Below, one piece after another: positions 28,086 through 37,746 of a DNA stretch of 44,816 nt (the stretch's first letter is position 1; each line of letters begins with the position of its first letter). The DNA is from Veterinaerplatzvirus T145P1. The stretch lies in sequence record OZ035767.1, one strand, 5' to 3'. The translations under genes and the position numbers were made by a program. The notes beneath the pieces were generated by a model. The model was not told where the DNA came from, did not search any database, and saw only the letters and a program-made list of their open reading frames with translations.

Positions 28086-30080
28086 ATGTTGCCTATCGAG
28101 AAGCTGGTTGCAAATTTCGATAAAGAAAGAATCAAACAGATTCAGAAAGACTATCAGTTTGGAGAGATAACCCCTTACGAATTCCAGTGCGTGACATTTG
28201 ATGCAATCGGAAAGGCTATTGGCAAGTACGAGGCACCATTTATCGCAGACCTTTCAGTATCTGCGGGTAAGACAATCATTCTTGCCATGATTGGTAAGCG
28301 CATGGAGCAGCTTGGGCTTCCCTATATGGTTCTCTCTCGCCAGTCAGAGATTATCAGCCAGAACTCAGAAGAGCTTCGTAATTTCGGCATACGTAATAGC
28401 GTCTATTGCGCTGGCCTTAACGTCAAATCAGTTTACTACCCAACTATAGTGGCCAGCGAGGGTACGGCAGCCAACGGCTTGTTTAAGGGGCTTGGTGACT
28501 ATGTTCCGGCAGTTATCGCTATAGATGAGTGTCACATGGTCGATCACATGGATATCGTGGAGGCTGAAGAGAATGAAGAAACATTTGAGCAAATGAGCAC
28601 AAAGAAAGGCGATATGGTTTTTAAGGATGGCGTAAACACAGGATTGCTTGGTACTGGTCGTGCGCAGTACACGCTAATTATCACCGAGATGAAACGTCGT
28701 TGTCGTGAGAAGTACGGGCGTGAGCTTCGTATATTCGGTCTTACTGGCAGCCCGTATCGTAACAACGATCATATCGTCGTTAGCAACCCAAACATCCGTG
28801 GATTCTGGCGCAAAACAGTGATTCAGGTGCCAACAAATTATCTGGTTGATTTGGGCTTCGTTGTTCCTACTGTTTATGGTGAAGTTGGTGACCTGGGTTA
28901 TGACCTTAGTGAGTTTGCGCCAGACGGAAGCGATGGCGTTAAAGACTTCAGCAAGAAAGAAATGGATGCAATGGCTGCAAAGATTCACGACAACCAATCA
29001 ATGACCCAAAAGATAATGGGTTTTGTTGTGAAAATACTCGAGACTCGTAACGCTGCATTGGTAACATGCGCTGGCAAACTCCATTGTGATGAGGCTGCTG
29101 CGGCACTACCAGATGGATACCCTTACGCCATCATCACAGACTCTACGGGAGAGAGGAAGCGCAGGGAGATTCTGGCTGATTGCCAGACAGGTAAGTACAA
29201 AATAATATTCCAGATTGGTTGTCTTACTACGGGCGTAAACCAGCCGCTGTGGGATACTAGCGTCATACTACGCAAGATTGGCAGCCTAACGCTTATGATT
29301 CAGCTTCTTGGTAGGGGGATGCGCAAACTTAATAGATCTCATATTGATGCTGGTTTTCATAAAGAAGATCACCTTGTGCTGGATTTTGCTGGCGCACTTG
29401 ATGATATGGCTGAGCTTTACTTTGACCCAATTATTGAAGAGATTCAGGCTGAGAAGTTTAAATCCTCAAGAAAAGGTGGCGATGAGGTTCGTCAGTGTCC
29501 GCAATGTGGATATGAAAATTCCCCATTCGCTCGTCGCTGTAGCAATAAGATTGATGGCGTTAGATGCGATCACTTCTTTCAGTTCACAATTTGCGAAGAC
29601 ATTACCGACGCGCAAACTAAATCGGTAATTAAAAAGGGTTGTGGCGCTCGCAATGACATAGCAGCAAAGGTTTGCAGGGAATGCGGCGAGATGCTTAAAG
29701 ACCCAAATGCTAACCTGACTGGCAAAATGTATCGTCGTGGTGATTACCTTCGTGTTTATGATTTTCAAGTTGGGTTAAGTAAGAATCAGACAGGCATTGT
29801 AGTTAAGTACAATATAATGGCTCATAACGGAGAGAGATTTAACGCTTGGGAGTTCTTTAATCCAGAATCAGACCATCGAGTTTGCAGTGTGCTCTGGAAG
29901 AACTTTTGCTTAGCTCATATTGAGAATCGCACGGAAGCGGCACGAATTGGCAGGCTTAAAAATGCCAGAATGATTATGACTAACGTAGATAAGTTCCGTG
30001 CGCCAGTTCAGGTTACGCATCGCCGGAATGCAAAAGGAAAGGACGTGATAGCGTTTAAGAATTTTGGAGAATTATTATGA
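28086..30080 (+). CDS. SF2 DNA helicase with C-terminal zinc-ribbon
   Basis: Walker A-like SAGKT, DECH box, QLLGRGMR motif VI, CPQCG...CRECG zinc ribbons. Confidence 0.8.
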   Translation: MLPIEKLVANFDKERIKQIQKDYQFGEITPYEFQCVTFDAIGKAIGKYEAPFIADLSVSAGKTIILAMIGKRMEQLGLPYMVLSRQSEIISQNSEELRNFGIRNSVYCAGLNVKSVYYPTIVASEGTAANGLFKGLGDYVPAVIAIDECHMVDHMDIVEAEENEETFEQMSTKKGDMVFKDGVNTGLLGTGRAQYTLIITEMKRRCREKYGRELRIFGLTGSPYRNNDHIVVSNPNIRGFWRKTVIQVPTNYLVDLGFVVPTVYGEVGDLGYDLSEFAPDGSDGVKDFSKKEMDAMAAKIHDNQSMTQKIMGFVVKILETRNAALVTCAGKLHCDEAAAALPDGYPYAIITDSTGERKRREILADCQTGKYKIIFQIGCLTTGVNQPLWDTSVILRKIGSLTLMIQLLGRGMRKLNRSHIDAGFHKEDHLVLDFAGALDDMAELYFDPIIEEIQAEKFKSSRKGGDEVRQCPQCGYENSPFARRCSNKIDGVRCDHFFQFTICEDITDAQTKSVIKKGCGARNDIAAKVCRECGEMLKDPNANLTGKMYRRGDYLRVYDFQVGLSKNQTGIVVKYNIMAHNGERFNAWEFFNPESDHRVCSVLWKNFCLAHIENRTEAARIGRLKNARMIMTNVDKFRAPVQVTHRRNAKGKDVIAFKNFGELL

Positions 30081-30496
30081 AGATTACAGATAAAGAAGAT
30101 TACATTGAGTTTTACCCGGGTCCGGTTAAGTCATGCCCTAAAGAGGATGACGAACAAATCTTTTGCTCTGATTGGGTTAAGTATAACTACCCAGATATGG
30201 TATTTTTCCATTGCGTGAATGAGGGAAAGAAAACCATTGGTCAAGCAAGAAAAGACCAGGCTAAGGGGCTTCTAAAAGGCGTATCAGACTGTATGTTTCT
30301 TATTCCTGAATCACTTCGAGGTAAGTATCCTTTCGGAGCTATAGAGCTAAAGAGGGCTGGCAAAACTCAAGCAAGTCCAGTCAGCGAAGAACAGAAGGCA
30401 TTCCTGAAAAGTGTAATGGAATCAGGCGGTTTCTCGGCAGTCGCCTACGGACGTGAGGGTTTTCTTGCAGCATTCAAAGAAATGATTTCAAAATAG
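30077..30496 (+). CDS. VRR-NUC domain nuclease
   Basis: 139 aa with PD-(D/E)XK-like D...ELK core; ATGA-coupled to helicase. Confidence 0.6.
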   Translation: MKITDKEDYIEFYPGPVKSCPKEDDEQIFCSDWVKYNYPDMVFFHCVNEGKKTIGQARKDQAKGLLKGVSDCMFLIPESLRGKYPFGAIELKRAGKTQASPVSEEQKAFLKSVMESGGFSAVAYGREGFLAAFKEMISK

Positions 30497-30538
30497 CACG
30501 AATTGCTAAAGGCGATTTTAAAAGATGGGGTATAGTTA
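30493..30538 (+). promoter_or_regulatory. conserved palindrome-promoter element
   Basis: ATAGCACGAATTGCTAAA - 22 nt - TATAGTTACTCCATCGAAACGAAAC; VRR-NUC stop TAG inside palindrome. Confidence 0.6.
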
Positions 30539-30572
30539 CTCCATCGAAACGAAACACAAAGAGAGAAATAAA

Positions 30573-30773
30573 ATGGCTACTATCTACACTGGAAAATTCT
30601 ACGAATCACGCAAAACTGGTTACGAATATGAGTTGGTCATCACAGAAGATGGTTACATCCTCATTGATGTAATGGATGGAGATTACTCTTTCGAAGTTAG
30701 CCCTAGCTACAAAGATGATTTAGAAACTGTTAAAAACGAATTTGGCGAAAAATTTGATGAGGTATCAGAATGA
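30573..30773 (+). CDS. hypothetical protein
   Basis: Start ATG 30573 after promoter-like element and RBS. Confidence 0.5.
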   Translation: MATIYTGKFYESRKTGYEYELVITEDGYILIDVMDGDYSFEVSPSYKDDLETVKNEFGEKFDEVSE

Positions 30774-30928
30774 GAGAGGCAATTGTAAACTGGAAAACTG
30801 GGGAGGATTCAACGTTCTTCTTCAATACATTCTCACAATACATTGATAAGTTTGTTTTCGTAATTGATGGTGGGTGTGAGGTTGTTGTTCCAATTAAGCT
30901 GGTTGATGGATTGGAGGTATCGGAATAA
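30770..30928 (+). CDS. hypothetical small protein
   Basis: 52-aa ORF, ATGA overlap at both ends; not in the track because under 60 aa. Confidence 0.35.
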   Translation: MREAIVNWKTGEDSTFFFNTFSQYIDKFVFVIDGGCEVVVPIKLVDGLEVSE

Positions 30929-31149
30929 TGGCAATTTTTACATTTGAGAATCAATGGGAAGTATTTAAATTAATGGCAATGCAGGAGTTAAATAAAGCAG
31001 GATATCAACCAAACTCATACGATCTTGCTGAGTCATTGGACTATAGCTTTGAAGAAGATTACCTGAACACTGATATCGAAACATGGCGCGACCGTATGGT
31101 TGCTGATATCGAAGAAATGAAGAAAGATTGCCCGGAGGATTTCTTATGA
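30928..31149 (+). CDS. hypothetical protein
   Basis: 73 aa, acidic; translationally coupled. Confidence 0.5.
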   Translation: MAIFTFENQWEVFKLMAMQELNKAGYQPNSYDLAESLDYSFEEDYLNTDIETWRDRMVADIEEMKKDCPEDFL

Positions 31150-31346
31150 TTAATAATAGACCGTTCGTTGTTACGTTTAAGCCAAGAAACAACACCCCAC
31201 GGATGGATATTGATGAGTACCTTCTAAAGCGCGGGAATAGCTATTTTGTTCTTGAAATTTCCGCAGACTCAGATAGATACATCGTTAAAAACGATGCGGG
31301 TATTGTTGTTAGTGTTTCAAAATTAGATGTGGAGATTGTGAGATGA
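31146..31346 (+). CDS. hypothetical protein
   Basis: Start moved to ATG 31146 (RBS GGAGGA, ATGA overlap). Confidence 0.45.
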   Translation: MINNRPFVVTFKPRNNTPRMDIDEYLLKRGNSYFVLEISADSDRYIVKNDAGIVVSVSKLDVEIVR

Positions 31347-31537
31347 TTAATGCAACTTGTGTAAAAGCAAATGGTTTCTTTACTCTACTTGAAGATTACG
31401 AAATTATCTTTAATTCAGATGGCGCAATAACAGTATTGAGCGATAATGGATGCTATTGGTTCGTTAGTTATCAAGGTGACGGGTATTACGGGTGTAGAGA
31501 TTCGAATGGAAAAGAAGTTAGCTTCTTAGTTGAATAG
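31343..31537 (+). CDS. hypothetical protein
   Basis: 64 aa, ATGA overlap; stop embedded in promoter element. Confidence 0.5.
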   Translation: MINATCVKANGFFTLLEDYEIIFNSDGAITVLSDNGCYWFVSYQGDGYYGCRDSNGKEVSFLVE

Positions 31538-31578
31538 CACTTTTTGTTAAAACTCAAATCCACGTATGGATTATATTA
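31534..31578 (+). promoter_or_regulatory. conserved palindrome-promoter element (variant)
   Basis: ATAGCACTTTTTGTTAAA - about 21 nt - TATATTA. Confidence 0.5.
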
Positions 31579-31607
31579 AGCACATCAACAACACATAGGA
31601 TTAAGAG

Positions 31608-31733
31608 ATGAAAATTGTAGACAGAGAGATGTTTGAGATCGCACAGATATACGCAAATGATGCTGTAAAAACTGGCTCTGATTATTGCTGGATGTGCGCT
31701 AAAGAATACCTGAAAATGGCCTACGGCTTATGA
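31608..31733 (+). CDS. hypothetical small protein
   Basis: 41-aa ORF with RBS, ATGA-coupled to the next gene. Confidence 0.35.
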   Translation: MKIVDREMFEIAQIYANDAVKTGSDYCWMCAKEYLKMAYGL

Positions 31734-31978
31734 TAGTTGAAACTGGGCGAGCGGCAGTATGGGCGCATTGTGGAGAGGCTGGATTGCAAGATGACATTAA
31801 GCAGATATCCCGCTTCTTTGAAATAAAAGATATCAGTGTTGTCTTTAATGGTAAATTCTCATACATGGATGAGCGACCAAGAAAATACGTAAGAGTTAAG
31901 CCAGGTGTCAGGATTGATGTTAATGAATTCCTTAAATCTGAGGGATTCAAGTTTAAGATAACGAAGCCTAAGGATTAA
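31730..31978 (+). CDS. hypothetical protein
   Basis: 82 aa. Confidence 0.5.
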   Translation: MIVETGRAAVWAHCGEAGLQDDIKQISRFFEIKDISVVFNGKFSYMDERPRKYVRVKPGVRIDVNEFLKSEGFKFKITKPKD

Positions 31979-31980
31979 GT

Positions 31981-32232
31981 ATGTTGGGTTTAGATTTTCA
32001 GCCAGAGCATTACGATTTAGTATATGGACAAAGTGGATCTAAGTTTAGAACGATACCTATTGCTGACTGGTTCCCTCCTGACTATGTTGATGTGAATGCA
32101 AAAACTAAAGACGGCAAGTGGGTGCAGATTTACTACTCCCCAGCATGCGGAAACCTTTGCATGACTGACCTTGATCAGAAATTAGCAATTAGTGCGGAAG
32201 TGATAGACTACTGGTTGAAAGAAGTTGAATGA
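31981..32232 (+). CDS. hypothetical protein
   Basis: 83 aa. Confidence 0.5.
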   Translation: MLGLDFQPEHYDLVYGQSGSKFRTIPIADWFPPDYVDVNAKTKDGKWVQIYYSPACGNLCMTDLDQKLAISAEVIDYWLKEVE

Positions 32233-32315
32233 CGAGCCTAATACTAGTAGCATCGTTACCACTGTTTAGCTTTACCATCTTATACTTTATCGTAATGAAT
32301 TAAGGAACTTCTATA

Positions 32316-33446
32316 ATGGCAACCGCAAAAATCACCAACGAACAATTGCGCGAAGAGTTAGCAAATGGCATGACCAACAAGGCAATCGCAGAGAAGTACG
32401 GAATGAACATTCGCAACGTTGAATTGCGTCGCAGTAAATTAGCTAAACAAGGCGAAGGGCATGGTCGCGATGTAAGCAACTTAATCCCTCAGGGCTATGC
32501 AGTTAAAGGCGTCTCCAGCTTAATTGGTGCTGATGGCGAGATTAAGCAACAGTGGGTTAAATCAGATATCGACAAGGAGAAGCAAGAAGAGATGATGCTT
32601 CAGGCAATTCAGGCCCTAACTGATGAGTTGCCGCGTGAGAAAGCTAAAGCTTTAAGGGTTGGTTTATGGGAAGATACTTTAAGCCTTTACCCCGTGTTCG
32701 ACCTCCACATTGGAGCAATGGCTCATCATGCTGAGTGTGGTGAGAACTATAGTACTGAAATCGCTGAGAGAGTTCTTAATGATTACTTTGATTACGCGGT
32801 TGCAAAGGCCCCCAACTCCAAGAAAGCTGTATTGCTGATTGGGGGTGACTTCCTTCACTCTGACGGAATGGAAGCGGTAACACCAACCAGTCGTCATGTT
32901 CTTGATCAAGATAGCCGTTATCACAAACTTGTTTACGTAGCAGTGCGATCGACACGTCGAGCAATTAGCCGCATGCTTGATAAGCACGCCGAGGTTGAGG
33001 TTCAGATTATTCCAGGTAACCACGATCTCTCAGGTATGATTTGGCTTCGTGCTGCAATGGCAGCTTTCTATATGGATGAGCCTCGAGTTAATGTTGATGC
33101 GTCCCCCGCTGCGCTTCACGTAACGCAATTTGGGAAGACGCTGCTTGGTTACTGCCATGGGCACGAACTCAAAAAGCCTGATACCCGACTATCAGCACTG
33201 GCTCGTGACCATCGCAAAGCATTTGGTGAATCAGAGTATGTTTACACCCATTCAGGCCACTATCACCATCAAACTATTACGGAAGGAAATCTGGGTATTG
33301 ATGAATCACACGGCCAGCTTGGAGCGAAAGATGCGTACAGTGCTAACGGAGGTTATCGCTCTTACCGACAGGCTTCGGTGATAATTTATAGTCCTGAGTT
33401 TGGTGAGATTGGACGATTTACTTGCCGCCCGGAAATGTTTAGTTAA
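32316..33446 (+). CDS. calcineurin-like metallophosphoesterase with N-terminal HTH-like domain
   Basis: GDFLHSD, GNHD, GH motifs characteristic of metallophosphatases; N-terminal segment resembles sigma-70 region-4-type HTH. Confidence 0.6.
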   Translation: MATAKITNEQLREELANGMTNKAIAEKYGMNIRNVELRRSKLAKQGEGHGRDVSNLIPQGYAVKGVSSLIGADGEIKQQWVKSDIDKEKQEEMMLQAIQALTDELPREKAKALRVGLWEDTLSLYPVFDLHIGAMAHHAECGENYSTEIAERVLNDYFDYAVAKAPNSKKAVLLIGGDFLHSDGMEAVTPTSRHVLDQDSRYHKLVYVAVRSTRRAISRMLDKHAEVEVQIIPGNHDLSGMIWLRAAMAAFYMDEPRVNVDASPAALHVTQFGKTLLGYCHGHELKKPDTRLSALARDHRKAFGESEYVYTHSGHYHHQTITEGNLGIDESHGQLGAKDAYSANGGYRSYRQASVIIYSPEFGEIGRFTCRPEMFS

Positions 33447-33491
33447 TAGCACTTTTTGCCTAACGCATGCCGTAGAAATGCGGCATAATTA
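33446..33491 (+). promoter_or_regulatory. conserved palindrome-promoter element (variant)
   Basis: ATAGCACTTTTTGCCTAA - 22 nt - CATAATTACCACATCGAAACGAGA. Confidence 0.55.
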
Positions 33492-33530
33492 CCACATCGA
33501 AACGAGATGAACTAAACGAGGAAACACAAA

Positions 33531-33707
33531 ATGACTAAAATGATTTATTGCACCAAAAACAACTCCAAAACGCTGCCATTTACAGTTAACCAGCCGTACA
33601 ATGCAGAGTACCAGGGTGATGGATATTACAAGATTTACGGTGACGATATGACGTGGATTTTAGCGCCGATTGAAGGTTCACTGGTTGAATTTATTATCGC
33701 TGACTAG
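33531..33707 (+). CDS. hypothetical small protein
   Basis: 58-aa ORF after promoter-like element and RBS GAGGAA; followed by terminator. Confidence 0.4.
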   Translation: MTKMIYCTKNNSKTLPFTVNQPYNAEYQGDGYYKIYGDDMTWILAPIEGSLVEFIIAD

Positions 33708-33732
33708 CACAGAAAAAACATAGCGTTACGCA

Positions 33733-33761
33733 CGGGGGGCCTTTTGGCTCCCCTTTTTTAT
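33733..33761 (+). terminator. rho-independent terminator before lysis cassette
   Basis: GGGGGGCC-TTTT-GGCTCCCC then T6. Confidence 0.7.
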
Positions 33762-33838
33762 GCTTCTTTTCCGAGCATGGCTCCTGTATCATGTTTACAC
33801 TAACTTAAACATTGACAAATAAATAAATGGAGGATCAC

Positions 33839-34054
33839 ATGAGGGAAGTAATCAACGCCGCTACGGCGTCAACTGGAGGGGCAGCGGTAACTGGAGCGGC
33901 AACTGGTCAGATGACTATAGCAATAATCAGCCTTATCGCTTTAATCATTTTTGGTGCGTGGGGTGCTTACTGGAAGTTTAAGGATAGCCAGGCGATTCGG
34001 CGCGCTCTTGAATCAGGAGACTTAAAAACAGCAATCAAGATAAGGAGTAAGTAA
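33839..34054 (+). CDS. putative holin
   Basis: 71 aa with one strongly hydrophobic transmembrane segment and charged C-terminus; immediately upstream of the endolysin. Confidence 0.55.
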   Translation: MREVINAATASTGGAAVTGAATGQMTIAIISLIALIIFGAWGAYWKFKDSQAIRRALESGDLKTAIKIRSK

Positions 34055-34540
34055 ATGAAGCAGAAGCTGCTAATTAGCGCGGCTACGGCTGCGGCAATAT
34101 ACATCGCAGCACCGCTTATTGAGCTCGTAGAGGGTGTGGAGAACAAGCCTTACATGGACATTGCCGGGGTGAAAACCGTATGCGCAGGTATTACTGGCTC
34201 TGACGTTGTTTGGGGTAAGACTTACAGTAATAGGGAGTGCCGGAACCTGCTGGAGAAGCACATCCAGATTCATGGTAAGTATGTTCAGGATGCGGTTACC
34301 TACCCAATTGCACCACAGACAAGAGCTGCATTAATCAGCTTTAGCTATAACGTTGGCGGCAATGCAATGAGGAAGTCTACCGCTGTAAGGCTAATCAACC
34401 AGGGTAAAGTTGAGAAGGGTTGCAACGCTCTCGGGATGTGGAACAAAGCAAGAGTTAACGGAAAGCTGAAGGTAGTTAAAGGCTTGGTGAATCGCAGGAA
34501 TGAGGAGATTAAGTTATGTTTAAGTGGATTGCAGCGTTAG
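34055..34540 (+). CDS. SAR endolysin (phage lysozyme, P21 R21-like)
   Basis: N-terminal weakly hydrophobic signal-anchor-release segment; E-x8-D-x5-T lysozyme catalytic pattern; similarity by recall to R21. Confidence 0.85.
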   Translation: MKQKLLISAATAAAIYIAAPLIELVEGVENKPYMDIAGVKTVCAGITGSDVVWGKTYSNRECRNLLEKHIQIHGKYVQDAVTYPIAPQTRAALISFSYNVGGNAMRKSTAVRLINQGKVEKGCNALGMWNKARVNGKLKVVKGLVNRRNEEIKLCLSGLQR

Positions 34541-34905
34541 TAGTGTGCGTAGCTTTATCTGGATGTTCGGCAACTGATGCACTGACTGGATTGATTGGAA
34601 GCAAGCCGGAAGTTACAGCTCAGGTCGGGGCTGAGAACAACAAGGTTGGCGTTGGGTTAACGAATAAGGTCGATTCCAGCAGCTCCAGTGAAGCCACGGT
34701 TAAAGATTCTAAAGTTGGGTCACTTGATAGCTCAAGCGGGAAAAAGACTGCTGACAACTCGATTAAGGCATCTACAATCACTGCCGAAAAGATTGAGATT
34801 ACCAACAACGACTCATCCGCGCCTCCATGGATTGTAATGGGAGCTATGGGGTTGCTGTTTTTTGTTCCACTTACCGCAATCTTAAGACGCAAAAAAGCCT
34901 CCTAA
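34516..34905 (+). CDS. unimolecular spanin (u-spanin, T1 gp11-like)
   Basis: N-terminal lipoprotein signal with lipobox LSGC plus C-terminal transmembrane segment and basic tail in a single polypeptide. Confidence 0.75.
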   Translation: MFKWIAALVVCVALSGCSATDALTGLIGSKPEVTAQVGAENNKVGVGLTNKVDSSSSSEATVKDSKVGSLDSSSGKKTADNSIKASTITAEKIEITNNDSSAPPWIVMGAMGLLFFVPLTAILRRKKAS

Positions 34906-34920
34906 TGGAGGCTATATTTT
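34890..34920. terminator. bidirectional terminator between spanin and convergent minus-strand operon
   Basis: AGCCTCC-TAAT-GGAGGCT hairpin with A-run and T-run flanks. Confidence 0.7.
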
Positions 34921-35255
34921 TAGCTAAATAACTCGTCGTCAGTCATTGTTCCTATATTCATCATCTCTTTTATGTACTTGCTTTGATACCCGTTAAGCGC
35001 CTCGAAGTTAAACTCAAATGGCCTCTTCAAGCTACCATTGCTAGCAAACTCACCGCACTTACCATCAATGTATCCCATGCTAAGCATCTTCGCGCAGAAC
35101 TCCTTTGAAGCCGCGCTGCAAAACTCCCTATGCGATAATCCTGCCGCCTTACTGAATCTCTGAGAGTCCTTATGCTGGTAGATGAATCGCGCCAAATGCT
35201 GTCGCGTGAAAAAGCTGTAAGATTCGCAGAACCGGTACAAGTCAAGGATGAACAT
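34920..35255 (-). CDS. hypothetical protein
   Basis: 111 aa; last gene of the minus-strand operon, ends at a bidirectional terminator. Confidence 0.5.
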   Translation of the reverse strand: MFILDLYRFCESYSFFTRQHLARFIYQHKDSQRFSKAAGLSHREFCSAASKEFCAKMLSMGYIDGKCGEFASNGSLKRPFEFNFEALNGYQSKYIKEMMNIGTMTDDELFS

Positions 35256-35347
35256 AATTAACTCCTGAGCACTGCCAAAACAAATAGAAGCATCGAAATT
35301 GTTACAACAAAACCAAGTATTATCAGTAGTATCGATTCAATCATAAA

Positions 35348-36931
35348 TCACCCCAGCAATCTCGGATTAATGTAAACTTTATCACCAATCAGGCACGTAT
35401 AGTTTTTCTCATCAAGCATTGGCAGTAAGTGATCTTTAATCTTCGTCATCACTCCAGCCTGAGCCTCGAACGGCTTAACCTTTCGCGCCGCTTCATACAA
35501 TGAGCGAATGCCAACAACACCCTTACCGTTTTTACCCTGCTTGATCAGGATATCAATCAGCTTATTCATCTCGGCATTGTCGCCAGCGTGACCAGCCGCG
35601 TTGGCAGATGACAAATAAGTCTTGCTAAGCTCCTGGAACATGATTACAGCTTCTTGCATGGTATCAAGCTCAATCTCTCTGGATTTCTGTGGACTCCCAC
35701 CGCTAGGGTTGAACCAGTTGCGCACTGTGTGAAGAACAGCAGCAATCCTGATAGCCTGCTTATCGAATTTACCCAGCGCGCCGCGCAACATTGTGTGGGA
35801 ATACTTACCGCCGTCCGCAAGGTGCGGCTCCATTTCCTGACGTGCCCGGTTTAGATATTTCATCGCTGAGTTGCTAACCGTCAACTTTACTTCTTGCTCA
35901 TTCATGATTTCGTGAACCAGGCGGAAGTAGTTAGCCTTAAGCTCACCATCAATTGGCTCGTAAGTTGAGTTGCCATTCTCATCGACGAATACACGCTCGC
36001 CAAGGAATGATTTTTCACGCACAAGTAGAAAACGTTCCGACACACCAATACCACGAGCACCAGCATTCATGATTGCGTTTATTGTCTCATCTTGCGCAAT
36101 TACAGAGATGCATCCCATAGCGACGAAGCTCATGTTGTTTTCTGCGTTCGCACGCGCAATGGACACGTTACCAGCATCCCACGCCTTGAGTACGAGCTCG
36201 CTGTTCGTTTTCTTTGAGCCATCACCATAGGTCATACCTAGCAGAGAGTTCACGCTCGTTGCTTCATCAGAGATAACCGCGAAGTTGCCCTGGCGGTTGT
36301 TTATTCGCGCAAGACCTTCAGGCGTCGTATCTGATACTGGAAATACGATATCGCACATCTTTTCCAGCTTCTCCTCTAAATCCTCTTTCTCCTCAAAGAG
36401 AGACGCCATCTCTGATGGTGACTTTTCCTGCTTCATCTCTTTGGATAATGCAGACAGCTTTGCCATAATCTTTTTACGCTCACGCTTTCGCACTTCATTA
36501 AGCCGCTCAGTCTCAGCAATCATTGGCGCAATAGAAAGCGAGTTAATTGCTGATTTACCTGTGGATGGTGGCTGACTGGTTACTACGTATAGAGAGGTCG
36601 GTTGCTGGGTTCCGTGATACTCTACTGTAAAACGTCCCAGCATGGCGGCAGAAATACACCCCAGAAAGTGCATATAAGCTGAAGACTCTGGAAATTGAAC
36701 AGAACGGGCAATATTGGCTGACAGCTTACCAACAACATCAATGTCATTACCGAGTGAGATTACTGGATACTTGTCATTAGCCGCATCAATCTCAACTGGC
36801 GCTTTCCAGAATGATTGAGACTGACGATATCCATTGGCATTAATAGCGACGCGCAGGGGTGGGAGGTTGTCTGCGGCAGCAATTGCCATAACCTGTTCAA
36901 CAGATAGCTTATCTTCGTTGAAATCAAACAT
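35348..36931 (-). CDS. P-loop NTPase of unknown function (possible replication/primase-associated ATPase)
   Basis: 527 aa; Walker A PPSTGKS and Walker B-like VISDEA. Confidence 0.55.
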   Translation of the reverse strand: MFDFNEDKLSVEQVMAIAAADNLPPLRVAINANGYRQSQSFWKAPVEIDAANDKYPVISLGNDIDVVGKLSANIARSVQFPESSAYMHFLGCISAAMLGRFTVEYHGTQQPTSLYVVTSQPPSTGKSAINSLSIAPMIAETERLNEVRKRERKKIMAKLSALSKEMKQEKSPSEMASLFEEKEDLEEKLEKMCDIVFPVSDTTPEGLARINNRQGNFAVISDEATSVNSLLGMTYGDGSKKTNSELVLKAWDAGNVSIARANAENNMSFVAMGCISVIAQDETINAIMNAGARGIGVSERFLLVREKSFLGERVFVDENGNSTYEPIDGELKANYFRLVHEIMNEQEVKLTVSNSAMKYLNRARQEMEPHLADGGKYSHTMLRGALGKFDKQAIRIAAVLHTVRNWFNPSGGSPQKSREIELDTMQEAVIMFQELSKTYLSSANAAGHAGDNAEMNKLIDILIKQGKNGKGVVGIRSLYEAARKVKPFEAQAGVMTKIKDHLLPMLDEKNYTCLIGDKVYINPRLLG

Positions 36932-37117
36932 TACTTCTCTCCGTGTTGTTTCTGAGCGGCCATTATAACAACGACCGCTTATAAAGCATTATCAATTTGT
37001 GCTATTAATTGTTCTTAATCCACTTTAGACACATCCACAATCCAGCCCCATAGAATGCAATCTTGAGAACTTCAGCTAAGACAAGGATAATAAAGTATCC
37101 ACCACCAAGTAAATCAA

Positions 37118-37357
37118 TCATTTTTTAATCTCCATTTCCACAATTTCATAACTTATGTAATTATTTATCATTCCAATAAGTGATTTTGGGTATGTCTTCA
37201 TATGATTCTTGGCGGAATCTTCATCAAGATGTGCTGATATGTTGTGAAAATTGTATTCATAATCCATGCCAATTAGTATGTATATCTTATCGTGAGCATT
37301 AATGAAGTTATTTGATTTTATTTCCCCAAGCGACCAGCCCTTTCCTTTTCTAATCAT
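37118..37357 (-). CDS. hypothetical protein
   Basis: 79 aa, overlapping stop/start with neighbours. Confidence 0.45.
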   Translation of the reverse strand: MIRKGKGWSLGEIKSNNFINAHDKIYILIGMDYEYNFHNISAHLDEDSAKNHMKTYPKSLIGMINNYISYEIVEMEIKK

Positions 37358-37707
37358 TTGTATTGAGCCTCAAATCTGTAGTCGCCGCAGATTGTAATAA
37401 ATCCAACCTCATCATCCCTTAAAAGCTGCCAAGCATTACCCTCTTTATCGTAAATGCATCCAGCGCGCTGCCCAAGTCCAGCATGGAGATCTACTTGATA
37501 TCGCTTACCTTCAGTAAAGTATTTTCGAATAGATGAGCGATGATTGACCTTTGTGCAATAAATTGTCTTTGTCTTAATATACTTTCCGCGCTCTTCCAGG
37601 TTAATCCATTTGCCATCTTTCTTGATTTGCTCTACACCATCTTTAACGCGAGATTTGTAGAGTACGTTTTCGTTGCTGATCCAGTTTTTGGTAATCGTAG
37701 TAGTCAT
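37354..37707 (-). CDS. hypothetical protein
   Basis: 117 aa; first gene after minus-strand promoter element 37747-37790. Confidence 0.5.
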   Translation of the reverse strand: MTTTITKNWISNENVLYKSRVKDGVEQIKKDGKWINLEERGKYIKTKTIYCTKVNHRSSIRKYFTEGKRYQVDLHAGLGQRAGCIYDKEGNAWQLLRDDEVGFITICGDYRFEAQYK

Positions 37708-37746
37708 TTCTTTTACCCTTCGTTGTTTCGTTTCGTTTCGATTGGA

